From an uncultured delta proteobacterium (GTDB lineage: Bacteria; Desulfobacterota; Syntrophobacteria; Syntrophobacterales; Syntrophobacteraceae): DNA of 64,000 nt. A program made the translations under genes and the position numbers. The notes below the pieces were generated by a model. The model saw only the letters and a list, made by a program, of their open reading frames with translations, was not told the DNA's origin and ran no database searches. The stretch covers positions 96,001-160,000 of the forward strand of contig CAWEHK010000008.1 in assembly GCA_963808625.1 (NCBI GenBank), in the 5' to 3' direction. This document shows, piece by piece, positions 42,791 to 52,634 of this stretch (position 1 is its first letter; the number at the start of each line of letters is the position of its first letter).

Positions 42791-45682
42791 TAAAGAGCTG
42801 GTCAGGCATGGCATTGGGATCGCCATACAGGATGAACGCCAGGCGATCCATCCGGTTTGTCTCCAGCGGAATATCTCGCTTGGCCTCCCGCAGGCACTGG
42901 CCCATGGTGTAGGTTCCCTTGAGCAAAGACTCATAGAACTTTTTGACGAATTTCCTGGCGGAAGCGGAGTCAATGTTCCACAGCGTTCCGACGTAAGCCT
43001 CGACGCCAGCCCGCAGGAAGGCGCTGGGCAAGTCATAGGTTTGGTTCTCGTAGATCGCGGGCCGTGGATCGGCAGGGGTCGCGCTCTCGCACGATGAGCT
43101 GAACACCAGGACCGGCGGGGCCCCCTGGAGCGCGCTGGTCAAGAGATCGGTGGTAATTCGGCCGTCCTTCAAGGCCCATCCGCTGTCCTCGCCGTCGAAA
43201 CCACTGTGGCCAGAGTAGTGGATCAAGCCGTACTGTCCGCTGCTCAGGCGCTCCAACAGCGCCATCCACTCGCATTGCTTCGAGCCCATCAAGACGTCTT
43301 CATCTTTGATCTCAAAACGGCCGTCGCCCAGCAGCATCGTGCGCAGGTCTTCGATCTCCTCACGAGACGCCGACAGGTCATCGGTCGGGTCGCCAATCAG
43401 CAGGGTCCTAACCTTGGCGCCACCTCGCACGGGCGGCCGGATATTATGCGCTTCCGGTCCGACGATACTACGCCCGACCATGAATGGAAGGTCCTTGCCG
43501 GCATAGGCCGCCTCCAACATCAACTCCCATGGGATATGCTGCAAGCCTTCGTCGATGGTAAACAAGATCGTCGCATCGTCCGGCGGGTTGTCGAGATACC
43601 TCTTGATGGCGTCGGTCGTAAAGTAGGTCCGGATAAAATCTGCAACTTGCTCCAGGTTCTGCTCCAGGTTCTCCTTCGCCGTAGAGGCGTCGGACGGGGC
43701 CGGGTGCAGCAAATGGTTGACACGTTCTCGATAGCCTGCCAGGAACCGAGCCTTGGTGTCTGCTGTCATTCGCTTCTGGGCCGAGACGAGATGCGCACCG
43801 CGTCGGCCAAACAAGGTAGTGACAACGTTCGGATGAGGCTGGAGAAAGCGCGATGACCACGTCTCGTGGCTTGTCCTCGCGGCGATCCAGCAGGCCGAAA
43901 TAGCCCAGGAGCCATTCGGCAAAGGAGTCTACCATGAACTGGGCCGTTCTGGGGTCCGCCGTGTCGGTGAGATAGCCATGCCGGTCAAGCCAAACAAGCC
44001 ATTTCTGTTGCAAGTCGAGCCTGGGATCATCCTGTACCAACAGAGCCTGGTACTTCTCGCCAGCGTCCTTTTCTTTGTCGAGGACCCCGATCAACTGCGC
44101 GAGCTTCGCTCGCGGTTAACGGCCGCTGCCAGCGTCTTCAGGGTGTGCTTCTCCTCTTCGTTCAGCGGGCGGAGCAGGGCTTCAAAGAACTCGCGGCGTG
44201 GGCGCTCAATGTCTTGGATGGCACGATCATGGGCTTTTGTTGACCCATTTGCTTCCTTTTCATGGCGGATGAGCGCCGATGACGCCAGGGCAATGAGATA
44301 GGGGTGTCGCCCAGCCTCTGTGCTGACAAAGTCGGTGCTCCGCCTTCAGCCGGTTCCCGCATCAGGTAGGTCTTAAAGAGCTGTCACCCACTGTGTTCGC
44401 TCGTCTTCGGTGAGGCATGACAACCATACCAGCTTGATGGCGCTGTCGAAGCAAGCGCTCACCGCTTCCTCGATCATTTCTGTGGAACTGGCACTCACCT
44501 TATCTCGCATGTCCCTGTATCGGCGCTGGTCATTCACCGCAATGATGAATTGCGCCCCGGCTTTCTCCACGTCGTCCAGCACCTGCCAGAACATACGATG
44601 TTCTTGACTGGCTTCTTGGCTTACGGCCTCCGACAGAGGCACCCGCGCTATCCTGCCTCATCTTCCATGCTGGCTCGTCGACCAGGAACAGGAATCGCCG
44701 GTTGCGATCGCTTTCGGTTTTCAGGAAGTCCTTCAGCGATTTCTCCGGATCATCGCCGTCAAAAGCCTTGCGGAGCTCTTCCTTCTTGTCTTCCTCTTCG
44801 ATAGCCTCCAGGCTCAACAGGAACTTGCGATAGACGAAGTCTTCGGCCGTGTTCTTGTGCAACCGCCCGAAACTCACCTTGCCTACTTGCCAGTCCCGAA
44901 ACAGCCGCTCGGCATCAGGATCGTGGGCACGATAAAACAAGTGCTCCAGCAGCGCCGTCTTGCCCATATTCGGGCTGCCAAGGACCAGGACCCGGCGCCC
45001 ATCGCCGACTGCGCTTTCGATCTCCTTGATCTCAGCCTCACGGGCGCCGAAATCGCGGGCCTGCAGGCCATACAATGCTGCATCATGAGGCGTGCCCAGG
45101 ATACGCTCCGCCTCCTTAACGTATTTCTCGTTGTTTTCACGTTGCGTTTCGTAGCCTGCGTCCGCTTCTGGAGGAAGAAAGAGGAGGATATAGATCGACT
45201 TCAGCCCGCGCGGGGATGCCAGGAAAACCTTGAGGGCCGTGCACATCTGGCGAGCACATGAGCCGAATCCAACTCTTACCCGGCCTGTGGCAAAGGCAGG
45301 CAGCGCCAGGCTAGCTATCGAGAGCTTCTCCGCCTCACGCAGGCAATTGATGGTGACCTCGTAGACCAGTTGCTCTAAAGTATAGTTGTCCGGTGTCGTA
45401 GTCGATCACGGCGCCATGCAGGACGTGTTTCACGTTCAGACCCTGGCTTGGCAAATCGCCAGGTCCAGTGACCACAACCGTGCCGGCTTCCAGGGGACAT
45501 TGGCGATGGGCCTCTTCAACGTATGCCGGACCGGCTTTTTTGGCCAGCTGGAGAGAGACACCGGCCCCCATCGTGAGGTAGTTGTCGTCGCTGCTCGCCA
45601 CAGCGTCGACCGACGCGGGCGGATTCAGGATGTTACCCTCACAGATCTCGACCGTCGTGTTGCCGAATTGAAACTTAGCCAT
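42765..45682 (-). CDS. Macro domain - STAND-type P-loop NTPase - CHAT (caspase/HetF-like) protease fusion, ~970 aa, about six frameshifts
   Basis: Macro: VEICEGNI...VDAVASSDDNYLTMGAGVS...VLHGAV, continuing in another frame as SLALPAFATG. NTPase: Walker A GSPNMGKT, Walker B FLFLVDE, and AGRHPYLIAL. CHAT: IPWELM, LIHYSGH, VFSSSC, AFLRAGVEAYVGTLW and AFILYGDP. Confidence 0.75.
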
Positions 45683-45790
45683 CGGTGCTCCTCATTTTCA
45701 GCTTGCGCTCGGTCTAATCGCCAGCGTCCGCCCCCTGGTGGAAAATGCACTCGGATAGGGGGCGGACAATTTCCATACTACGCCATCAGC

Positions 45791-46713
45791 TCAGAGCGTC
45801 GAAAAGACTTGCAGGGTCCGCAGCTTCGGTCGGAGCATTCGAGCTGTGGCTTCTGCTCGTAACTCTTGAGGTTGGCCGCGGCTAGCTGGATCAGCGGCCT
45901 GTAGGTCAGATCGCCTGTCGGCCCCGTTGATTGCCTCGCCCAAAGCCCAGGTGAACGCCCCGCGCCACGTCGCTGCCGATCCTGGCATCGGCCGCAGTCT
46001 CACGGTCTTCGTACAGGCCGCCAGCAGGACGTGGCGGTCGAAGTCCACGATGCCGAACTTGTTCTGGCGGAAGCGATGGCGCAGTTCTTTCATGAACTCC
46101 TGCATCTTCGACGTCCCACTCCTCAGGTGGAACGCTTTGCAGCATCTTCGACAACTCTGTGCCGACCAGGTGTCGAACTCGGCGTCGCGTTTGCCTGCAT
46201 CGCTTCGATGCGCTCCTGTCGATCTCCTGCGGCGGTATCAGGTAGCGTGGAATGAACTCGACGGTGCTTCCTGGAGGGGCCTCTGGATGCTGCCGCTGTG
46301 ACAGCAATCGGCAATGAAGGTGAAATTGACCTCTGCCGGGAAAATCTCGAAGATGGCGCGCAGGTCGTCGTCACGGAACGGCTTGTCCCAGTCGTGGTCG
46401 TAGGGGACGATGACCTCGTCGAAGCCTTCCCACTCCTCGTTGTTCTGGTCCGTCACCTGCGTGCCGTGGCTGCGAGAAGTGGAAGACCCGAACGTCCTGC
46501 CGCTCTGCTAGTCGTCCAGCAGCCAGCCAGGCCGTCACATATGCCCTGGTTCGTGGCATCCTTGTCGTGTAGGAGCTTGATGTCATTATCTTGAAATCCG
46601 AAGTAGGTAGTCAAGAGGCTGTTCATCTCGATGGTATCGTTGATACAGCCTCGCAGCGCCCAATCAGGGCGGACAAAGTTGTTGATCCCGACCAGCAGTG
46701 CTCGTTTGACCAT
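45791..46713 (-). CDS. Metacaspase (peptidase C14 family), heavily frameshifted
   Basis: KRALLVGIN...LRGCIND, VFHFS/SHGTQ (catalytic His), DEVIVPYD, IADCCHSGS (catalytic Cys), LLAAC/ETAADA, GAFTWAL and YEQKPQL, spread over three frames. GGAGG RBS. Confidence 0.85.
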
Positions 46714-47186
46714 GGTTCATCCTCCTGTCAGATATTTGGTTTGGTGTGATTGATGCCGAAAGATCACGGATGTCTCCGATGCTATCACCTCCTTCTCCAC
46801 ACGTTAAACGTAAAACGGACAGCGTTTCTGCTTCCGACAGAGATCGGAGCGTCACGTCAAGACAAGCTCCGGGTATCCGCTCAGCGTGTGGAGCGACCAG
46901 GTCACGTCATCTTCACCCCTGTCCATCAAGCGAGCGTGGTGAAGCCTTAGGGACAAAATCCGGTCGGCGAGATTCTCGTATCGGTAGCGTTCCAAAGCCC
47001 ACGGGTAACGCTTAAAAAAGGAGCCGCGCAAAGATCCAGGATGCTGGATCAGCATGCTGCAGAGATCGTCATGTTCCAATGGGCTTGCAGCGCCAACACT
47101 GATGACATTCGGAAGATTCTTCCCATTGTGAAATGACCCTCAAAGGAGTCCTACGGGAGAGGTTCAGTCCAAAAAGCTGGTCCGCG

Positions 47187-48125
47187 TTAGGGAGACTCTT
47201 TGACGTTGAGCAGATGCTGGATCACCGGGACCAGTTGTCTGAGAATTTCTTCTCCCTGCTCATTTTCCACCATGGCCGCCAGGATGTATTTCCCTCCCGT
47301 TTCATCCCACACGAGGACCGAATCGGAATACCATACCTGCCAGGTTCCTGATTTCCGGTAGAGATGCGCGAGCGGGATACTTCTTTCCATGACGCTGACG
47401 AACTTGTCATGAATGTCCGGGAAGGACAGGATGTGCAGCATCTGTCGGGAACGCTCCGCGCTGATGAGCTTTCCCGTGGCCAGCAGGTAGTAGAACCGGC
47501 AAACCTGGGTGACGGTTGCCCCGTGGACCAGACCCTTGAGCGGATCGCGATCGACCTCCCCGCTATTGGCGAAGCGCCGGCCCAGCCAGATTCCTCCGCC
47601 CTGGTCCGGATCATAGAAACGATAATTCGGGTCGACGACCACCGCTTCGATCCTGCGCAGACCGATGCGATCAATCATGCGGTTGGTTGCGGCGTTGTCG
47701 GAACGACGCATCATCTCTATCATATCCCGATAAATCTCCGGGGTTTCCACCAGCGTCCCATCCTCGAAACCGCAATGGGCGGAAAAAAGAATGGCGAGCT
47801 TGGCGAGACTGCCCGCATACATCATGGTGCTGCCATTAACCTGGGCGAAACGCGGCGCCGCCGGGTCGGTTAAATCCACCACCCCCACGGCCATTTTCTC
47901 TTCGCTGATCAACGCTTGCCACAACGAGCTCCGCTTCAGGGCTTGCGCCAGCCGGTCCTCGAGGCTGCCGTCTTCATGCGCGGACAGGGGACGCCACGCA
48001 CCCTCGCTGATCGGCACCGGGAGCGGAGGAAGCTCAGCGAGGACAAGATTCGCGGCAAAGAGAAGCGGCGAAAGCAGGGCAAGAAGGCCCGCGACCATAA
48101 ATTTCATGATTTTCCGCCGCATCAT
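47187..48125 (-). CDS. Serine hydrolase, class A beta-lactamase-like fold
   Basis: Signal peptide, SxxK (GSLAK), SDN and KSG motifs. Confidence 0.85.
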   Translation of the reverse strand: MMRRKIMKFMVAGLLALLSPLLFAANLVLAELPPLPVPISEGAWRPLSAHEDGSLEDRLAQALKRSSLWQALISEEKMAVGVVDLTDPAAPRFAQVNGSTMMYAGSLAKLAILFSAHCGFEDGTLVETPEIYRDMIEMMRRSDNAATNRMIDRIGLRRIEAVVVDPNYRFYDPDQGGGIWLGRRFANSGEVDRDPLKGLVHGATVTQVCRFYYLLATGKLISAERSRQMLHILSFPDIHDKFVSVMERSIPLAHLYRKSGTWQVWYSDSVLVWDETGGKYILAAMVENEQGEEILRQLVPVIQHLLNVKESP

Positions 48126-48173
48126 TTGGAGTCGCCGGGAGGAGGCGTTTTCTTCCTCGTTGCCAGCAGCAGG

Positions 48174-49378
48174 TTAGCCGTTCCCGGCCGATGATGGTAC
48201 CCGACCCCGAAAGAAATGAGGGCGTATGTTCTTCGTCTTTTGATAGAGCTCGGCAAGGTCCTTTTGATACCGATAACTAAAGACCGGTAAGGGTTTCTGG
48301 TAGGTGCCGAAGAGTTTCAGGTTCCATATCGACGGGTCGAAGTACTTTATGGGGATTCCTGAATCGGTTTGCAGAATATGCATGCTGCGGTCAAGGATGA
48401 ACTGTCTTATCGCGGCAAAATCCGGGTCGAACATCAGGTAGGATGAAGCTTTTTCGAAGGTGACAAGGGGGCCGAAGCTCTTCAGGAAAGAGACGAACTT
48501 GTCGTTTTGGTCAAAGGAACCTCGAGCTAAATCGAAACGAAAATAATAAAGGGTCTGGGTTCGTTCCTGACCCTCCCGCTGAAAAACGATGCGCACTCCC
48601 GGAATGCTCCCTCTTTCGGAGGTGATTCGCTCCAGTGCGGGCATCTCCACGATGGTCCTGTTCGGATTCATGAACCAGTGCTGCACATCTGATCACCCGC
48701 ACCTTCTCTCTGGCCATGAACAGCAGGAGGAGCGGGAGAACGCCCTGCATGCCCTTCTCCTGCAGGGCGCTTCCCAGGTTGTTGGTGATGAAATAGTCGA
48801 GATCGAGCAGATCTTTATTGGCGCGCTGAAGGCCGGTAAAGAAAGCCTCGAGGTCGGGCTTTACTCATCGCCGGAAAATCGGGGATTCGGCCGACACGCT
48901 CCAGAGAAATCATGACGTAGGTCCCGGCGTCGGGAAAGAAATTGTACATGTTGGCAAAATCCGCCCCGCTGAAGGGATAAAACACGGTGTAGCGGGAAGC
49001 GTCAACGGCGCTAAGCTCCCGGGCGGCCCATTCCCTCATCGGCGTAAGTCGCCTCACCTCGAGGCCCTTCCAGCTCGCGTTGAAGGATTTGGCAAACTGG
49101 CCCCATGCCGGGCTGCTTTCCAAGGCAGCAAGGGAACCTTTCGGGTTGCTGATGCCGGCAATAAAGAGGGCGTAATCATGGTATGGATGGGTAGGCCGGT
49201 CGGCCTGCTCCTTTTGGGAAACGGTGCTCGTCTCGGTTCCGGGCGTCCCTTCCGCAGCATGGCTCCAGGATGCAAAAAGGCCGAGGGTGAACAGCAGAAA
49301 AACCGCTAAACTGAGCCGTACTTTGACGTCATTGAGCCGCGTCTTCAAGGGGTTCCTCCCTGCGTGCGATGTTCTCAT
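48174..49378 (-). CDS. Conserved exported hypothetical protein (FYPFSGADF motif), two frameshifts near 48850 and 48690
   Basis: Signal/TM segment, VFYPFSGADF, GVLPLLLLFMAR, KASSYLM, ILQTDSGIP and LFGTYQKP across three consecutive frames. Confidence 0.65.
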
Positions 49379-49383
49379 CAAGG

Positions 49384-49764
49384 TCAGCCTCCTGTCTTCG
49401 TGAATTGCCTGGTGGCAAAGAGCCGGTAAAACAGTAGCCCGCATGCCACGGTGATCAACCCTCCAAGGGACGGGAGCGGTCTCTCGATCACCAGGTAGCA
49501 GAGCATCCACCCATTGAGCAACAGAAAAACCGCCGGGGTCACCGGGTACCCCCACGTCTTGAAAGGTCTCTTCGCGTGAGGTTCTTTGACGCGCATAACA
49601 AACACTCCCAGCACCGTCATCAAGGCAAAGAGGGCCAGCAAAAACCCGACATAGGTGAGCACGACCTCGAAGGTTGAGGTGACGACCAGGAAAAGCGCAA
49701 TCGAGGATTGCAGAACGATGGCCCGAACCGGAACTCCTCGGGCATTCCGTTTGGCAATGACCAT
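49384..49764 (-). pseudogene. C-terminal fragment of an APC-family amino acid permease
   Basis: RNARGVPVRAI...RPFKTWGYPVTP covers the last ~4 TM helices. No upstream portion is present. Confidence 0.75.
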
Positions 49765-50449
49765 TGGCGGAAAAAAGGGTGACAGGCTTGTGGTCTTCGG
49801 AAATCCCGTTCATCCTCTCTTTCTCATGACAGGGTGATAAAGTGATGAGAAGTTGCTTCTTCGAGAGTGTTGAGTAGCAGATATTGCGGGGTGACGTCAA
49901 TGGCATGAATGGATGCCGTTCCGATCATAACGCCTCCATGGGAAACGGTCCTGAATTTCTGCTACGGGCTATCGGGTTTCAGTCTTTTCTTCCATCAGAA
50001 GCACGTCACCCAGCGAGCTTGACTCGGGCCAAGGTCACCTGCCTCAAATGGCCAACCTCAGGAGATGGTGGGAGGCCCTGGCTTGCGCAAGGTCCCAACT
50101 CAAATATTCAGATCATATGGAAACAATTGGAGGATTTTAAGATGGGCAAGAAAGGCTAGCTTCTTTGGGAACCGGAAAGAGATGAAGTCGTTAATCAGGT
50201 TGGAGTCATTCAATGTTGGAATCGTGAACAGTCTATTTTTGAATTCAAAGAGCTTTGAGACGGTCAGCAACAGAGTAGGCCCTTATTTGATGCTTCGATT
50301 TCCGGGCGAATCTTTTTGGTGGTAATTTTGCCAGTGGACTATTATGCTTACATAACTGTTCGGCGGACTCTTTATGGCCTAGGGACAGAGCCCATTCGGT
50401 CCAGACGGGGGCTTTGGTGAGGGTTGAGCAAATACCCGATGGAGAATCC

Positions 50450-50899
50450 ATGAGAACCAAGATCTTAGCGGCACTCGTGCTGCTCTTTCTGATGCTTGGC
50501 TGTGCTGATGAGGCCCGGACTTCGGATGAGGTATCAAGGCCGGATGTCGCAGCTTCCGAAGCGATAGCCGGAATACCCACTCTAGCAGTCCCTGAGGCAG
50601 AATTCAATTTCGGAGAGGTGAGTGAAGGCAAAGAATACGTGCACGACTTCGTGATCATGAACAGGGGTACAGGGGTTCTGGAGATAAAGAAAGTCAATCC
50701 CGGCTGAGGGACCTCCATAGCCGGTTTCGATCGGTCCATCCCTTCGGGGTCCGAGGGGAAAATATCGATAAGGCTTCATCCCGGAGCCTGTGCGAGCGGA
50801 AGCAGGAAAGTTACCGAGGTATTCTGCAATGACCCCCAATATCCCCGCTTTACACTGGTCGTTCAGGGGAAATTGAAACCAACGGGCACCGAACCCTGA
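50450..50899 (+). CDS. DUF1573-domain lipoprotein with in-frame TGA at 50705-50707 (probable selenocysteine)
   Basis: Lipobox LMLGC, then FNFGEV...HDFVIMNRGTGVLEIKKVNPG-(TGA)-GTSIAGFDRSIPSGSEGKISIRL...VFCNDP...LVVQGK. The domain continues in frame, and the TGA falls at the family's first Cys position. Confidence 0.75.
50708..50742 (+). promoter_or_regulatory. Candidate bacterial SECIS stem-loop
   Basis: Lower stem GGGA/TCCC and upper stem GCCGGT-TTCG-ATCGGT starting 12 nt after the TGA. Confidence 0.55.
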
Positions 50900-51396
50900 C
50901 GGGGTCGGTCGTCTGGGGCCGGACTAAAAGAAGAAGCATGAAAAATGGGGATCTTCGGGAAAAGCTCGATCCCCGGAGATCCGGGAGAGTGTTAGCTGAT
51001 TTTCTCAAGAGAGATACCCGCGGGGACTGAATCACAGGCTTGCCGAAATCAGCAGCCAGACGACAGGATTTTATTTTTCCGCTAGAACCGGCACAAAAGA
51101 AATCGACTTTTTACTGAAGTAGCCCATACCCAGAGGACCAATTTCTCTCCACAGGGTTCGATGTAGAGCATGGATGTTTCGACCCTGATAAGCCCCTTCC
51201 TCCTCCCTTGCTCTGGGCTTGTGCTTGTGGATGCTCAACGGCATTCCGAAGACCTTCGCAGAGCTAATCCAGTCCTTGATCGCATTGATTTTGACCGGGC
51301 ACGGTCCATGGGCAGCCACGTATGAAGTCGACCTTTGTGCCATCGAGTCCGGTTTGGAGATACTCGCACACGTGGGCCGAAATAAGTAGCCGGTTC

Positions 51397-51472
51397 CGGT
51401 GGGCACGGTGAAGCTGTGCCCACCCTACAGTGTTCCCGGACCCGTAGGGTGGGCAGGTTTTTTTGCCCACCG
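51397..51472. repeat. GTAG-type REP doublet (REPIN), copy 2
   Basis: CGGTGGGCACGGTGAAGCTGTGCCCACCCTAC, spacer, then GTAGGGTGGGCAGG..TGCCCACCG. Confidence 0.9.
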
Positions 51473-51599
51473 CAAACATGCACGAACTTATGCCCATGTG
51501 CAGTAGACGATTTAGAAGGGAGGAGAGTCAGTTCTCCTGATCCGTTCTGATTCGGTCAAAGAACTGCGGGTATCTTGCTGCCGTTTGGAATTTGAGTTG

Positions 51600-51925
51600 G
51601 TGGCATCGTTGTCGGAACGACGGATCATCTCTACCATGCGCGGACAGGGGATACCGCGCACCTTCGCTGATCGGAATTGGGAGCGGAAGAAGCTCAGCGA
51701 GGACCGGATTCGCGGCAAAGAGAAGCGGCAAAAGCAGGGTAAGAAGGCCCGCGACCATAAATTTCATGATTCTCCGCAGAGCTTCAGGTTCCATATCGAC
51801 GGATCGAAGTACTTTGTGGGGATTCCTGAATCGGACTGCAGAATATGCATGCTGTGGTCAAGGATGAACTGTCTTATCGCGGCAAAATCCGGGTCGGACA
51901 TCAGCCAGGATGAAGCTTTGGTGAC
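51600..51925 (-). pseudogene. Degenerate, internally deleted duplicate of the 47.7-48.5 kb serine hydrolase/hypothetical gene region
   Basis: Three colinear blocks match ~47690-47722, ~47976-48118 and ~48312-48464. Confidence 0.9.
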
Positions 51926-52426
51926 TCGTGGTCCCACCATGACCATGAAACCTAAACTGGAGAGCAGAGTGAGGCAGATAAGAAGGGTCATGGCAGTGCT
52001 CCTTCTCACGCCGAAGATAGACTTCGCCGATGCAAGACGAACGCGTTTATTCTTGCGGTCGCTGCCTGAATCATCTATAATGAACGGGATGGCTGTTTTA
52101 CTTTGCATGCTAGCGTGTAATTGAGCCCGGGGAATCCGAATCCTGGCAGCATAGTGCTCCTGAGGCTCCAACCAAAGGATACAATGCTGCCATCTCCATA
52201 TCAGGAGACTCGAATAGCAGCAAAGATCAAGATCCTCGCACCAGGAGATTTTCTCGAATTCACTCCCAGCGGTGCCATTTTTTGTGATAGATTTGAGTGC
52301 TCTTCAAAACAGTTTTAAAGATGCCGATGTTTGGTCTGTGGAGAGATTGTTGGCCTGGTCATTCTGGAGGGTCGGCAATGGTAGAGAGTGGGTTGCTTAC
52401 AAAACAAACTAATGAGGAGGTGCACT

Positions 52427-52607
52427 ATGAAAAGATTTGGGCTCGTATTATTGGTTTTCTTCTTTGCTTTATCTTTGGGTGGTTGCGCATGTGTGCAGAA
52501 GCAAGTAAAGGAGGGAGACCCCTGCTCCTGTGCAGGTAGTCCAAAAGGCCCCTGCGCCTGAGCCGGTCAAACCGCTTCCACCGCCGCCCAAAAAGGACCG
52601 CAATTAA
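52427..52607 (+). CDS. Small Pro-rich lipoprotein (one frameshift near 52513)
   Basis: GAGGAGG RBS, MKRFGLVLLVFFFALSLGGC lipobox. Removing one G gives ...ETPAPVQVVQKAPAPEPVKPLPPPPKKDRN*. Not in the ORF track. Confidence 0.6.
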
Positions 52608-52634
52608 ACTGCCACCGGAGCCCTGCCCCGCTCA

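Noticed and set aside
47187..48125. Antibiotic-resistance beta-lactamase
   Set aside because: It has the fold motifs only. The omega-loop Glu of true class A enzymes is not evident, so it is called a serine hydrolase.
49800..50440. Possible riboswitch or ncRNA in the long intergenic region (also 28890-29150 and 46750-47150)
   Set aside because: Only short inverted repeats were seen, with no consensus I can match by eye. An Rfam/Infernal scan would be needed.
51071..51497. Short ORFs around the second REPIN
   Set aside because: They overlap the repeat, lack motifs and start signals, and may be decayed sequence.
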